Assembly (NCBI GenBank): GCA_035704495.1
Contig: DASSWW010000038.1
Location: forward strand, 24,389 to 88,388
Direction of reading: 5' to 3'
DNA: 64,000 nt
From: Candidatus Saccharimonadales bacterium
GTDB taxonomy: Bacteria > Patescibacteriota > Saccharimonadia > Saccharimonadales > Saccharimonadaceae
How positions within the stretch are numbered: position 1 is the stretch's first letter; the number at the start of each line of letters is the position of its first letter. The notes beneath the pieces are model-generated. The model did no database searches. It saw only the letters and a list, made by a program, of their open reading frames with translations, and was not told the origin of the DNA. Both the position numbers and the translations under genes were made by a program. Shown in pieces: positions 8,999 through 17,340 of this stretch.

Positions 8999-9585
8999 TT
9001 CCAGACGACTTTGCTGTTTTAAAAACTGACGTTGGTACGGCGGCACAACGATTGCTCGGCTGTGTATTAGAACGTGAAATTGATGGACAGACAGTACGTG
9101 TAAGAATCGTCGAGACCGAAGCGTATGATCAAACAGATGCCGCCAGCCACAGCTATAATGGCCGAACACCACGGGTAGAAACGATGTTTGGTCCAGCGGC
9201 TCATACCTATATTTATTTCACCTATGGCATGCACTATTGCTGCAATATAGTGGTCGGAGAAGCGGGATATGGTGCCGGCGCACTGATTCGTGCAGTCGAG
9301 CCGCTAGACGGCCACGAAAAGCTAGCAGAACGACGTGGTGGCAAAACTGGTATCGAAGTGACGAACGGCCCAGCAAAACTTTGCCAAGCATTGGGCATCG
9401 ATTTACGCATGAATGGGCATGATTTAAAACGCTCACCGCTGCGATTGCGCATGCAGCCTGCTTTGTCGCAAAATAAAATAACCAGGACGACCCGCATAGG
9501 CATTAGCAAAGCCAAAGACGTGCGATGGCGTTTTTATATTACCGACAATCCGTTCGTATCGGTAAAAGAGCGGGTTGTTAAATAA
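8980..9585 (+). CDS. mpg: DNA-3-methyladenine glycosylase (Mpg/AAG family)
   Basis: RIVETEAY...D.ASHS..GRTPR...MFGP.GH.YIYFTYGMHYC.NIV is the Mpg signature. GTG start overlaps the ChaB gene end. Confidence 0.85.
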   Translation: MAPQRVVPDDFAVLKTDVGTAAQRLLGCVLEREIDGQTVRVRIVETEAYDQTDAASHSYNGRTPRVETMFGPAAHTYIYFTYGMHYCCNIVVGEAGYGAGALIRAVEPLDGHEKLAERRGGKTGIEVTNGPAKLCQALGIDLRMNGHDLKRSPLRLRMQPALSQNKITRTTRIGISKAKDVRWRFYITDNPFVSVKERVVK

Positions 9586-9587
9586 AC

Positions 9588-9616
9588 TTGCGACAGGCTG
9601 TTACGAGTGGTATACT
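9588..9616 (+). promoter_or_regulatory. Putative nusA promoter
   Basis: TTGCGA (9588-9593), 17-nt spacer, TATACT (9611-9616). Confidence 0.55.
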
Positions 9617-9633
9617 ATACGAAGTACATTGTT

Positions 9634-9656
9634 CCGGCCGCCAGGTCGGATTTTTT
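9634..9656 (+). terminator. Hairpin plus T6 inside the nusA 5' leader (attenuator candidate)
   Basis: ccggccgccaggtcgg forms a 6-bp stem with one G-U, followed by aTTTTTT. It sits between the promoter and the AAGGAG RBS. Confidence 0.45.
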
Positions 9657-9677
9657 CATAAAAAGGAGATAAAACTC

Positions 9678-10808
9678 ATGGAAGATATCAATATTAAGCA
9701 GCTGACTTTAGCAGTTCGCACTATCGCTGAAGAAAAGAACCTACCAGAAGAAATCGTATTATCGGTTATTGAACAAGCGATTGCGGCTGCATGGCGTCGT
9801 GATAACGGCGAACGTGATCAGGAAGTTCGTGCAGAATTAAATGTAAATGACGGCACGGCGAATGTTTTTGTCGCCCGTGAAGTTGTCGAAGAAGTCGGTA
9901 GTGATGCCGTCGAAATTAGCTTGGCTGATGCAAAAAAAGCCAAAAAAGATGCCGCTATTGGTGATACTATCGAGGAAAAATTCGAGGTAATCAGCTTTGG
10001 TCGTGTTGCAGCCCAAACAGCAAAACAAGTGGTATTGCAGCGCCTGCGCGAAGCGGAACGCGAAGTTGTACTAGAAGAATATGAAGATAAAATTGGTACG
10101 ATTGTTAATGGTACTGTCCAACGGGTTGAACCGCGCGTAATCCGCGTTGATTTAGGCAAAGCGACTGGTATTATTCCTCAAAGTGAGCAAATTCAAGGTG
10201 AATTTTATAGTATTGGTAGTCGTATCAAGGTCTTTATCAAGGATATTGAACGTGATAACCGCGGTCCACAACTTATCTTGTCGCGCGGCAACGAAGCCTT
10301 TGTTGAATACCTATTCCGTCAAGAAGTGCCAGAGATCGAAACTGGTGCCGTCGAAGTAAAAGCAATCGCCCGTGAAGCCGGTCGTCGTACAAAACTAGCC
10401 GTCGCTTCGACTGTTCCTGGCGTTGATCCAGTCGGTACGTTTGTTGGCGGACACGGAACCCGTGTACAGGCAGTCATGAACGAAATTGGTGATCAAGAAA
10501 AAATCGACATCATTACGTTCGACGAAAATAGCGAACAGTTCATCCGCAACGCACTCAGCCCAGCTGAAGTAGCAAAAGTAGAAATCGATGAAGCAGCCAA
10601 GCGTGCCAAGGTGTTTGTCTACGAAGACCAACAATCAATTGCTATTGGACGCGGTGGTCAAAATGTTCGCTTGGCAAGTCGTTTGACAGGTTACGAGCTA
10701 GATATCGAAACCGCTCAAGCCGCTAGCGAAAAGCCAGCCGAAGCAAAACCTCGTAAAAATATCGAAGATAGTCTAATGAACGCAGTCGAGGAATCGTCTG
10801 ACGAATAG
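9678..10808 (+). CDS. nusA: Transcription termination/antitermination factor NusA
   Basis: N-terminal domain, S1 and two KH domains (GIIPQSEQIQGE, RIKV.I.D......GPQ..LSR, AVAS....VDPVG..VG..G.R). Start moved to the ATG at 9678, behind AAAAGGAG. Confidence 0.93.
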   Translation: MEDINIKQLTLAVRTIAEEKNLPEEIVLSVIEQAIAAAWRRDNGERDQEVRAELNVNDGTANVFVAREVVEEVGSDAVEISLADAKKAKKDAAIGDTIEEKFEVISFGRVAAQTAKQVVLQRLREAEREVVLEEYEDKIGTIVNGTVQRVEPRVIRVDLGKATGIIPQSEQIQGEFYSIGSRIKVFIKDIERDNRGPQLILSRGNEAFVEYLFRQEVPEIETGAVEVKAIAREAGRRTKLAVASTVPGVDPVGTFVGGHGTRVQAVMNEIGDQEKIDIITFDENSEQFIRNALSPAEVAKVEIDEAAKRAKVFVYEDQQSIAIGRGGQNVRLASRLTGYELDIETAQAASEKPAEAKPRKNIEDSLMNAVEESSDE

Positions 10809-10826
10809 ACATACTTAGCTAATAAT

Positions 10827-10860
10827 AAAACCTCCGCTGTTAAAAACGGAGGTTTTTTAT
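10827..10860. terminator. Bidirectional rho-independent terminator
   Basis: aaaacctccg ... cggaggtttt, flanked by A and T runs. Confidence 0.8.
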
Positions 10861-10882
10861 TATTTCAGCGGAACGATAGGTT

Positions 10883-11104
10883 TTAACGCTGTTTAATCAT
10901 GATTTCCAAATTGGAAAGATAATGAGCAGGATTGACCTGGTGGTGTTTGCGCAGGTAGGTAAGGTGTACTTGAACAAACGGTAACTGATTATCGGGATAA
11001 TCAATCGCCGCAGGGCTGTAAAGGCTTTTCGTCGCCATTTTTGGATTAGCTTGTAATTCCTCAAGCCGTGTCGTGATTTCCTCGATGGTCATTAGTGGTG
11101 GCAT
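10883..11104 (-). CDS. Hypothetical protein (73 aa)
   Basis: ORF preceded by a coupled mini-ORF (TAATG overlap). Confidence 0.5.
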   Translation of the reverse strand: MPPLMTIEEITTRLEELQANPKMATKSLYSPAAIDYPDNQLPFVQVHLTYLRKHHQVNPAHYLSNLEIMIKQR

Positions 11105-11163
11105 TAGACTGTCGCAATCTTTTTTGGTTTTTTTGTCTCTTTGCGGCCTTTATCTTTTGACAT
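11104..11163 (-). CDS. Candidate 19-aa Lys-rich upstream mini-ORF (MSKDKGRKETKKPKKIATV)
   Basis: AAAGGA sits 8 nt upstream of the ATG. The stop overlaps the next start as TAATG. It is too short to appear in the ORF track. Confidence 0.3.
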   Translation of the reverse strand: MSKDKGRKETKKPKKIATV

Positions 11164-11247
11164 ACACTATTCCTTTCATGGGGTATTCCACATGCGTTGT
11201 TTCCATTATGCGCCTATTTGCAATAAATAGCTAATTTAGAAAAAATG

Positions 11248-11274
11248 TTAGCACTCTATTGACGAGAGTGCTAA
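11248..11274. promoter_or_regulatory. CIRCE (HrcA operator) inverted repeat upstream of clpC
   Basis: TTAGCACTC-tattgacga-GAGTGCTAA, a perfect match to the TTAGCACTC-N9-GAGTGCTAA consensus. Confidence 0.85.
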
Positions 11275-11288
11275 ACAGTCTGTATACT
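11259..11288 (+). promoter_or_regulatory. Putative clpC promoter embedded in CIRCE
   Basis: -35 TTGACG (inside the CIRCE spacer), 18-nt spacer, -10 TATACT (11283-11288). Confidence 0.55.
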
Positions 11289-11354
11289 TGTAGATAGTAG
11301 AGTAAATCAGGCAGAATGCTTGCGCTACGTCAAAGGAGGATTGATAATAGAATT

Positions 11355-13835
11355 ATGGCAGATGATTTCGCTGATTTTTTATCCCATTTAACTGACAATG
11401 CACGTGTTAGTTTGCAACACGCGGATGCTATTGCGCGTGGGTACGGTAGCGCTTATATCGGCACCGAACATTTGCTGCTTGGTGTACTTGCCCAAGGGTC
11501 ATCAGTAGGGGCGAAAGTGCTAGCTGATGCTGGTATTACCCTGGACCGAGCAGAGCTAGCTTTGAATTTAACACCACGTACTTTAGTGGTGAGCACTGGC
11601 GCCAAAGGGTTGTCGGAAACGGCAAAACTAACCTTAAAAATGGGGTGGGATATTGCACAAGAGTTTCATCAGGATTATTTAGGAACCGAACATATTTTAT
11701 ATAGCATTCTAAACCAAAAGAATGCACGTGCTACGGTGTTGCTGCGGGATATGAATATTGATATCGCAGAACTAACGAGTGAACTAGAAGAATTTTTTGA
11801 TCGCCAACATGCGGTGATCCAAGACAACGAGACAACTCAGACGAATCCGTTTAAAAAGCGTACAGGCCGCGGAGGCATGCTGGAAACATTTGGTATTGAT
11901 TTGACCGCAAAAGCCAAACTCGGCGAACTAGACCCTGTGATTGGGCGGGACAGCCAGGAAGAGCGAATGGTTACGATTTTGAGCCGCCGCACAAAAAACA
12001 ATCCGGTGCTGATTGGTGAACCAGGCGTTGGTAAAACCGCAATTGTCGAGGGTCTGGCACAGCGGATTGCCCGCGAAGATGTGCCTGACCATCTACTCGA
12101 TAAACGAGTGGTGCAATTAGATTTGGCCGCGATGATTGCCGGTACAAAATATCGTGGCGAGTTTGAAGAACGACTCAAAAAGACAATCGAAGAACTCAAA
12201 CAACAAAAGAATGTGATTCTTTTCATTGATGAGTTACATCTGTTAGTGGGCGCAGGTGCAGCCGAAGGTGCATTGGACGCGGCGAATATGTTAAAACCAG
12301 CGCTTGCTCGCGGCGAACTGCATTTAATTGGTGCAACCACGCTTGACGAATACCGCAAACACATCGAAAAAGACAGCGCCCTGGAACGACGTTTCCAAAC
12401 GATTGTTGTTCCCGAACCTAGTTTAAAAGATACGATTGCTATCATTAAAGGACTCCGTAGTTACTACGAAAGTCATCACGGCGTCACGATGAGCGACGAA
12501 GTGCTAGAAGACGCTGTTTATATGGCTGATCGCTACGTCAGCGAGCGATTTATGCCCGATAAAGCAATTGATGTAATTGATGAAGCAGCGGCATTGGTAC
12601 GCGTAAAATCCGGTCGAAAACCAAGTAAACTACGCGATTTGACCAGACAACTAAAAAATCTGAATGAAAAGATGGAAGACGCAGTTAATAGTGAAGATTA
12701 TGAGCGAGCTGCGCTATATAAAACACGCATTAGTCAGATTACGGCAAAATTAGATGAAACGCGTCAGGATTACGAACAAAACACACCTATCAAATTGAAA
12801 GATGACGATATTGCCCATGCGATTGCAACCATGACGGGTATACCTGTAAAACGTGTCCAAAAGTCAGAGGCGAAATTACTCCGTTCGCTTGAAAAACATC
12901 TTGCTAAATACATTATCGGCCAAAAAGAAGCAGTCGAAAAAGTGTCACGGGCAATTCGACGAAGTCGTAGCGGTGTCGCTAGTAATAAACGCCCCATCGG
13001 GTCATTTGTCTTTATGGGTCCGACTGGTGTCGGCAAAACCGAGCTGGCGCGCGTATTAGCCCGCGAAGTGTTTGGCAGTGACGATGCATTGATTAAAATC
13101 GACATGAGTGAGTTCGGTGAACGACACACCAGCAGCCGACTGGTGGGTGCGCCTGCAGGATATGTTGGCTACGAAGATGGCGGGCAATTGACCGATAAGA
13201 TTCGTCGTCAACCCTACAGTGTCGTGTTGTTTGATGAAATAGAAAAAGCACATCCTGAAGTATTTCAGATGTTACTGCAGCTACTTGAAGACGGCAAATT
13301 GACCGATGCAAAGGGCCGTAGTGTCGACTTTACAAACGCCATCATCATTCTAACCAGCAACCTTGGTGCTGATCGCATGATGAAAGAATCCAGCCTAGGA
13401 TTCCACGCCAGCAGCAAATCTGATACACAAAAACTCGATTCTATTCATGATGAAAATGCGACAGCAGCCAAAGAAGCGCTATCAAAGATGATGCGCCCCG
13501 AGTTGATTAATCGGTTTGATGCAGTAGTGACATTCCGTGCGCTAACTCGAAAAGAAATCGGTAAAATATTCGACAACCTGATTGATGAGTTGCAACAACG
13601 CCTTATCCGTAAAGGTATTCATTTGGTTATCAAATCATCGGCTAAACGATTATTAATCGACAAAGGCTATGACGAAAAGTTTGGCGCGCGGCCGCTGCGT
13701 CGGGCTATTCAGGATGAAGTTGAACATCAAATTGCGGACGGTGTTTTGTCGGGTGAGTATGAAAAAGGAAGCGTGCTTGAAATCAGTGCACAAAAAGGAA
13801 ATGTAGTTGTTAATGTTAGACACGAAACGGCGTAG
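11355..13835 (+). CDS. clpC: ATP-dependent Clp protease ATP-binding subunit ClpC (class III AAA+)
   Basis: Two Clp_N repeats ([22 protein letters not shown]), Walker A motifs GEPGVGKTA and GPTGVGKTE, and a UVR-like linker ([13 protein letters not shown]). Start set at the ATG at 11355, downstream of GGAGG. Confidence 0.92.
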   Translation: MADDFADFLSHLTDNARVSLQHADAIARGYGSAYIGTEHLLLGVLAQGSSVGAKVLADAGITLDRAELALNLTPRTLVVSTGAKGLSETAKLTLKMGWDIAQEFHQDYLGTEHILYSILNQKNARATVLLRDMNIDIAELTSELEEFFDRQHAVIQDNETTQTNPFKKRTGRGGMLETFGIDLTAKAKLGELDPVIGRDSQEERMVTILSRRTKNNPVLIGEPGVGKTAIVEGLAQRIAREDVPDHLLDKRVVQLDLAAMIAGTKYRGEFEERLKKTIEELKQQKNVILFIDELHLLVGAGAAEGALDAANMLKPALARGELHLIGATTLDEYRKHIEKDSALERRFQTIVVPEPSLKDTIAIIKGLRSYYESHHGVTMSDEVLEDAVYMADRYVSERFMPDKAIDVIDEAAALVRVKSGRKPSKLRDLTRQLKNLNEKMEDAVNSEDYERAALYKTRISQITAKLDETRQDYEQNTPIKLKDDDIAHAIATMTGIPVKRVQKSEAKLLRSLEKHLAKYIIGQKEAVEKVSRAIRRSRSGVASNKRPIGSFVFMGPTGVGKTELARVLAREVFGSDDALIKIDMSEFGERHTSSRLVGAPAGYVGYEDGGQLTDKIRRQPYSVVLFDEIEKAHPEVFQMLLQLLEDGKLTDAKGRSVDFTNAIIILTSNLGADRMMKESSLGFHASSKSDTQKLDSIHDENATAAKEALSKMMRPELINRFDAVVTFRALTRKEIGKIFDNLIDELQQRLIRKGIHLVIKSSAKRLLIDKGYDEKFGARPLRRAIQDEVEHQIADGVLSGEYEKGSVLEISAQKGNVVVNVRHETA

Positions 13836-14814
13836 TTCATTCGGTTACGTAACGAGTTTGGTTGTGACGCTTATTTCGGTTGGCGTAGCGCTTTTACTGC
13901 TCGTTAATCGTCAATATATTATTGATCAAGTGTACGCGTGGCAATACCAGCCGACAGATCAGATTAGTGCGTTTGCCGAGCGGACTGATATGAGCGACAC
14001 GGGCAAATTTTTGTTTTATGCCAGTCAACCAGAACTAGAAAACGCGCAGGAGTTTAACACGGAATGTTCACGTATCGAACAGGGAACAGCAATACTGGGA
14101 TGCTATGATGGTCGTAAAATTTATATTTATAATGTGACCAATCCAAGGTTAGACGGTATTCGTGCGGTCACATCGGCACATGAAATGCTGCATGCTGCGT
14201 ACATTCGGTTGGACGATAGCGAACGTACTCAGCTCGACAAGTTGCTAGAGGTAGAATATGACAAGTTGAAAGATACGGCTGACTTTTCTGAACGTATGGC
14301 ATTTTATGCGAGGACCGAACCAGGCGAGCGTTATAATGAACTCCACTCGATTATTGGTACAGAAGTAAAAAAGATTAGTCCAGAACTAGAAGAGCATTAT
14401 GCTAGGTATTTTAACGACCGTAGTAAAGTAGTGCAGCTACATCTACAGTACGCTAGTGTCTTTGCGGCTTTGCAAGCTCGCAGCCAAGAATTATCGAGGC
14501 AATTAAATGCGCTGGCTGATGCAATTGAAAGCAGTTCTGCTGCCTACAATCGTAACGTTAATCAATTAAACCAGGACATTGCACAATTCAATGCACGGGC
14601 AAATAACGGGGATTTTTCGTCACAAACAGAGTTTGAAAGTGAACGTGCTGCGTTAGAGGCGCGGGCGAATACACTTGATAGTCAGCGCGCTGCCATCAGT
14701 AGCGACCGAGCACGCTATAACGAACTACGCGAGGAACTGTTGCTTGTTGCCAGTGAATCAGAAGCCCTTAATCGTAGTATCGATAGTAGTTTAGCGCCGT
14801 CGCCGAGTATATAA
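13813..14814 (+). CDS. Membrane-anchored HExxH protein with a C-terminal coiled coil (putative metalloprotease)
   Basis: N-terminal TM helix (VTSLVVTLISVGVALLLLV), SAHEMLHAAY (HExxH), and a Gln/Ala/Asn-rich helical tail. It overlaps the clpC 3' end. Confidence 0.6.
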   Translation: MLDTKRRSSFGYVTSLVVTLISVGVALLLLVNRQYIIDQVYAWQYQPTDQISAFAERTDMSDTGKFLFYASQPELENAQEFNTECSRIEQGTAILGCYDGRKIYIYNVTNPRLDGIRAVTSAHEMLHAAYIRLDDSERTQLDKLLEVEYDKLKDTADFSERMAFYARTEPGERYNELHSIIGTEVKKISPELEEHYARYFNDRSKVVQLHLQYASVFAALQARSQELSRQLNALADAIESSSAAYNRNVNQLNQDIAQFNARANNGDFSSQTEFESERAALEARANTLDSQRAAISSDRARYNELREELLLVASESEALNRSIDSSLAPSPSI

Positions 14815-14896
14815 TGTGGCATACTAAAACGCATCGTTATTCGGAAAAACCAGCAAGCGCATTATTCACTCGTGTCCTAAGGTATAATAAAAACTA

Positions 14897-16249
14897 ATGG
14901 TTAAAAGTAGAACTCAATTTATCTGTCAAAACTGTGGTGCAAGCTACCCTAAATGGACAGGAAAGTGCGACAACTGTGGTGAGTGGAATACCCTGGTCGA
15001 ACAAGTTGCGCCTAGCCAGGGTAAGTCTGCCGTTGCAAAAAGTGCTCATAGCGGCAACGTCCTAAAACCTCAAACCATGCAATCGATATCGATTGAAGAG
15101 ACGGCAAAGCGCATGTCGACTGGCTACAGCGACTTAGACGCGGTGCTAGGTGGTGGTATTTTGCCAGGCGGTGTCATGTTGATGGCGGGTCAGCCAGGTA
15201 TTGGTAAAAGTACGCTACTTTTGCAGGTAGCAAGCGAAATTGGTAAAGTGCAGCCTGTGCTATATGCAAGTGGCGAAGAATCAGCCAGTCAAGTCAAGTT
15301 GCGCGCCGAACGGCTAGGCGCAAATACCCGCGAACAACTGCACTTTGTTGCCAGTACAAGCGCTGACGATATAGCGGCAACCATTCGATCAGGCGCGTAC
15401 AAATTAGTGGTTATTGATTCGATTCAAACGCTTAGTTTAGACGAAATTACTTCTGCACCTGGAACGGTCAGTCAAATTACCAATAGTAGTAACGTGATTA
15501 TCCGGGCTGCCAAAGAAGCTGGTGCAGCAGTTGTGTTGGTTGGACACGTCACTAAAGAAGGAAGTATCGCTGGTCCAAAAGTGTTGGAGCACTTAGTTGA
15601 CGTGGTGTTGCAGTTCGAGGGCGATCGTTATGGTGGATTTAAAGTAGTGCGCGCGGTTAAAAACCGATTTGGATCAACAAACGAAGCGGCTATTTTTGAA
15701 ATGTACGAACAAGGGCTGCGTGTCGTTGAAAACCCATCTGCTGCACTGCTTGCCGAACGTCAAAATGCCGACGGATCAGTCGTTATGGCAACGTTAGAGG
15801 GCACCAGGCCGCTGCTGGTCGAGATTCAAGCGCTTGTCAATCCGACCAGTTTCGGGTATCCTAAACGGACAGCCTCGGGTTTTGACTTGAACCGACTTAA
15901 TCTTTTGATCGCCGTACTAGAACGACGGACAAAATTGAATTTATCGGATAAAGACATTTATATAAATGTCGTCGGCGGGCTGAAGCTAAACGATCCGGCA
16001 GCCGATTTGGCGATTTGTATAGCAATTGCTAGTGCAGCAGCAGGCAAACGATTAGGCGATGAACTGGTCGTCTTTGGTGAAGTAGGATTGGGCGGTGAGA
16101 TACGAAGTGTTCATAGTATTGAACGTCGTGTCGCCGAAGCAAAAAAGCTTGGCTTTACCCAAGCAATTGCTCCAAAAAGTGGGCAAAAAGATTTATTTAT
16201 CAAAGGAGTTGGCAATTTACGCCAAGCTCTCATAGATTACTTACAATAG
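14897..16249 (+). CDS. radA: DNA repair protein RadA/Sms
   Basis: C4 zinc finger (CQNCG...CDNCGEWN), Walker A GQPGIGKST, KNRFG motif and a Lon-like C-terminal domain. Confidence 0.95.
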   Translation: MVKSRTQFICQNCGASYPKWTGKCDNCGEWNTLVEQVAPSQGKSAVAKSAHSGNVLKPQTMQSISIEETAKRMSTGYSDLDAVLGGGILPGGVMLMAGQPGIGKSTLLLQVASEIGKVQPVLYASGEESASQVKLRAERLGANTREQLHFVASTSADDIAATIRSGAYKLVVIDSIQTLSLDEITSAPGTVSQITNSSNVIIRAAKEAGAAVVLVGHVTKEGSIAGPKVLEHLVDVVLQFEGDRYGGFKVVRAVKNRFGSTNEAAIFEMYEQGLRVVENPSAALLAERQNADGSVVMATLEGTRPLLVEIQALVNPTSFGYPKRTASGFDLNRLNLLIAVLERRTKLNLSDKDIYINVVGGLKLNDPAADLAICIAIASAAAGKRLGDELVVFGEVGLGGEIRSVHSIERRVAEAKKLGFTQAIAPKSGQKDLFIKGVGNLRQALIDYLQ

Positions 16250-16309
16250 TCAAAACGAACTATCGTACGTCATCACAACGATTAGCGGGATTAATCAGAA
16301 AGAACAATT

Positions 16310-17263
16310 ATGCAAACAATAGAAATTTTATTAGTCGTCGTTACTTTGGCGATTTTGGCAGAGGCTACCTATTTAGTCGTCAAATTACCTAGACAGAATT
16401 TGTCACGAAAGCAAGCTCGGCCAATTTTGGTTGATACATCCGTACTAATTGATGGACGTATCATCGCTGTCGCGCAGTCGGGATTTATCGGCGATACGCT
16501 AGTCATTCCTCGGAGTGTTATTGGCGAATTGCAGTTTTTGGCCGATAACGCCGATCATGACAAGCGAGCACGCGCTCGCTACGGACTGGATGTCGTCAAA
16601 GAATTGCAAGCAATGCCACACTTAAAAGTAGAAATATTACAGGATGGCAGCAAGGCTGAAGAAGGCGTCGATGAACGCTTACTAACGCTCGCTAAAAAGC
16701 ATAGTGCTGCGGTCTGTACTATCGACTACAACCTGAACAAAGTTGCAGTTGTCGAAGGTATTACTGTATTGAATGTTAACGAATTGGCACAAAGTTTACG
16801 AATGGCTTATTTGCCTGGTGAAAAAATGTTGCTTGAATTAGTACAAAAAGGACAAGATGCGCACCAGGGAGTCGGTTACCTCGCTGACGGAACGATGGTT
16901 GTCGTCGAACACGCCAACAAGAATATTGGTCAAACTATCGAAATCGAGTTTATACGTAGCCTGCAAACAGCCGCAGGTAAAATGATGTTTGCAAAGCCAG
17001 TCGAACGACAGCAGCCCGCCAAAGTACAGCATCCTTCGGGCAAAAAACCAATCAACAAACCACGCCCAACTCCAAAAGAAGCCCCAGAAAAGGTAACGGC
17101 TTATCATAGCGATGCGAATGATCGCCGCACAAAGAAAGCGCAAAATACAAAATCTCAGCCAAAACCACGATCAAATAACAATAATCGTCGTCAGCAACAA
17201 AAACCGCGTACTTCCGTCCAACGTGAAGCAGCATTGATTGATTTAGTAGAAAACCAAAAATAA
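16310..17263 (+). CDS. PIN/TRAM domain protein (YacL-like) with a basic disordered tail
   Basis: N-terminal TM helix, PIN core (ILVDTSVLIDGRI...VIPRSVIGELQ), a TRAM-like region (G..IEIEF) and a Lys/Arg/Asn/Gln-rich C-terminus. It follows radA, as in Firmicutes. Confidence 0.8.
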   Translation: MQTIEILLVVVTLAILAEATYLVVKLPRQNLSRKQARPILVDTSVLIDGRIIAVAQSGFIGDTLVIPRSVIGELQFLADNADHDKRARARYGLDVVKELQAMPHLKVEILQDGSKAEEGVDERLLTLAKKHSAAVCTIDYNLNKVAVVEGITVLNVNELAQSLRMAYLPGEKMLLELVQKGQDAHQGVGYLADGTMVVVEHANKNIGQTIEIEFIRSLQTAAGKMMFAKPVERQQPAKVQHPSGKKPINKPRPTPKEAPEKVTAYHSDANDRRTKKAQNTKSQPKPRSNNNNRRQQQKPRTSVQREAALIDLVENQK

Positions 17264-17278
17264 TACTTTATTCATAAC

Positions 17279-17309
17279 AAAATACCATTCCGTTTGGAAT
17301 GGTATTTTT
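17279..17309. terminator. Bidirectional rho-independent terminator
   Basis: aataccattcc-gttt-ggaatggtatt, flanked by A and T runs. Confidence 0.8.
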
Positions 17310-17340
17310 ATTGTAACGAGATTATCGTAAGTAGTAATAC

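Noticed and set aside
9588-9677. N-terminal extensions in the ORF track for nusA (9588), clpC (11316), the FAD oxidase (25816), tig (32191) and the M16 peptidase (54362).
   Set aside because: The extensions are non-conserved and overlap promoter or operator elements. Canonical N-termini with Shine-Dalgarno sequences begin at internal ATGs.
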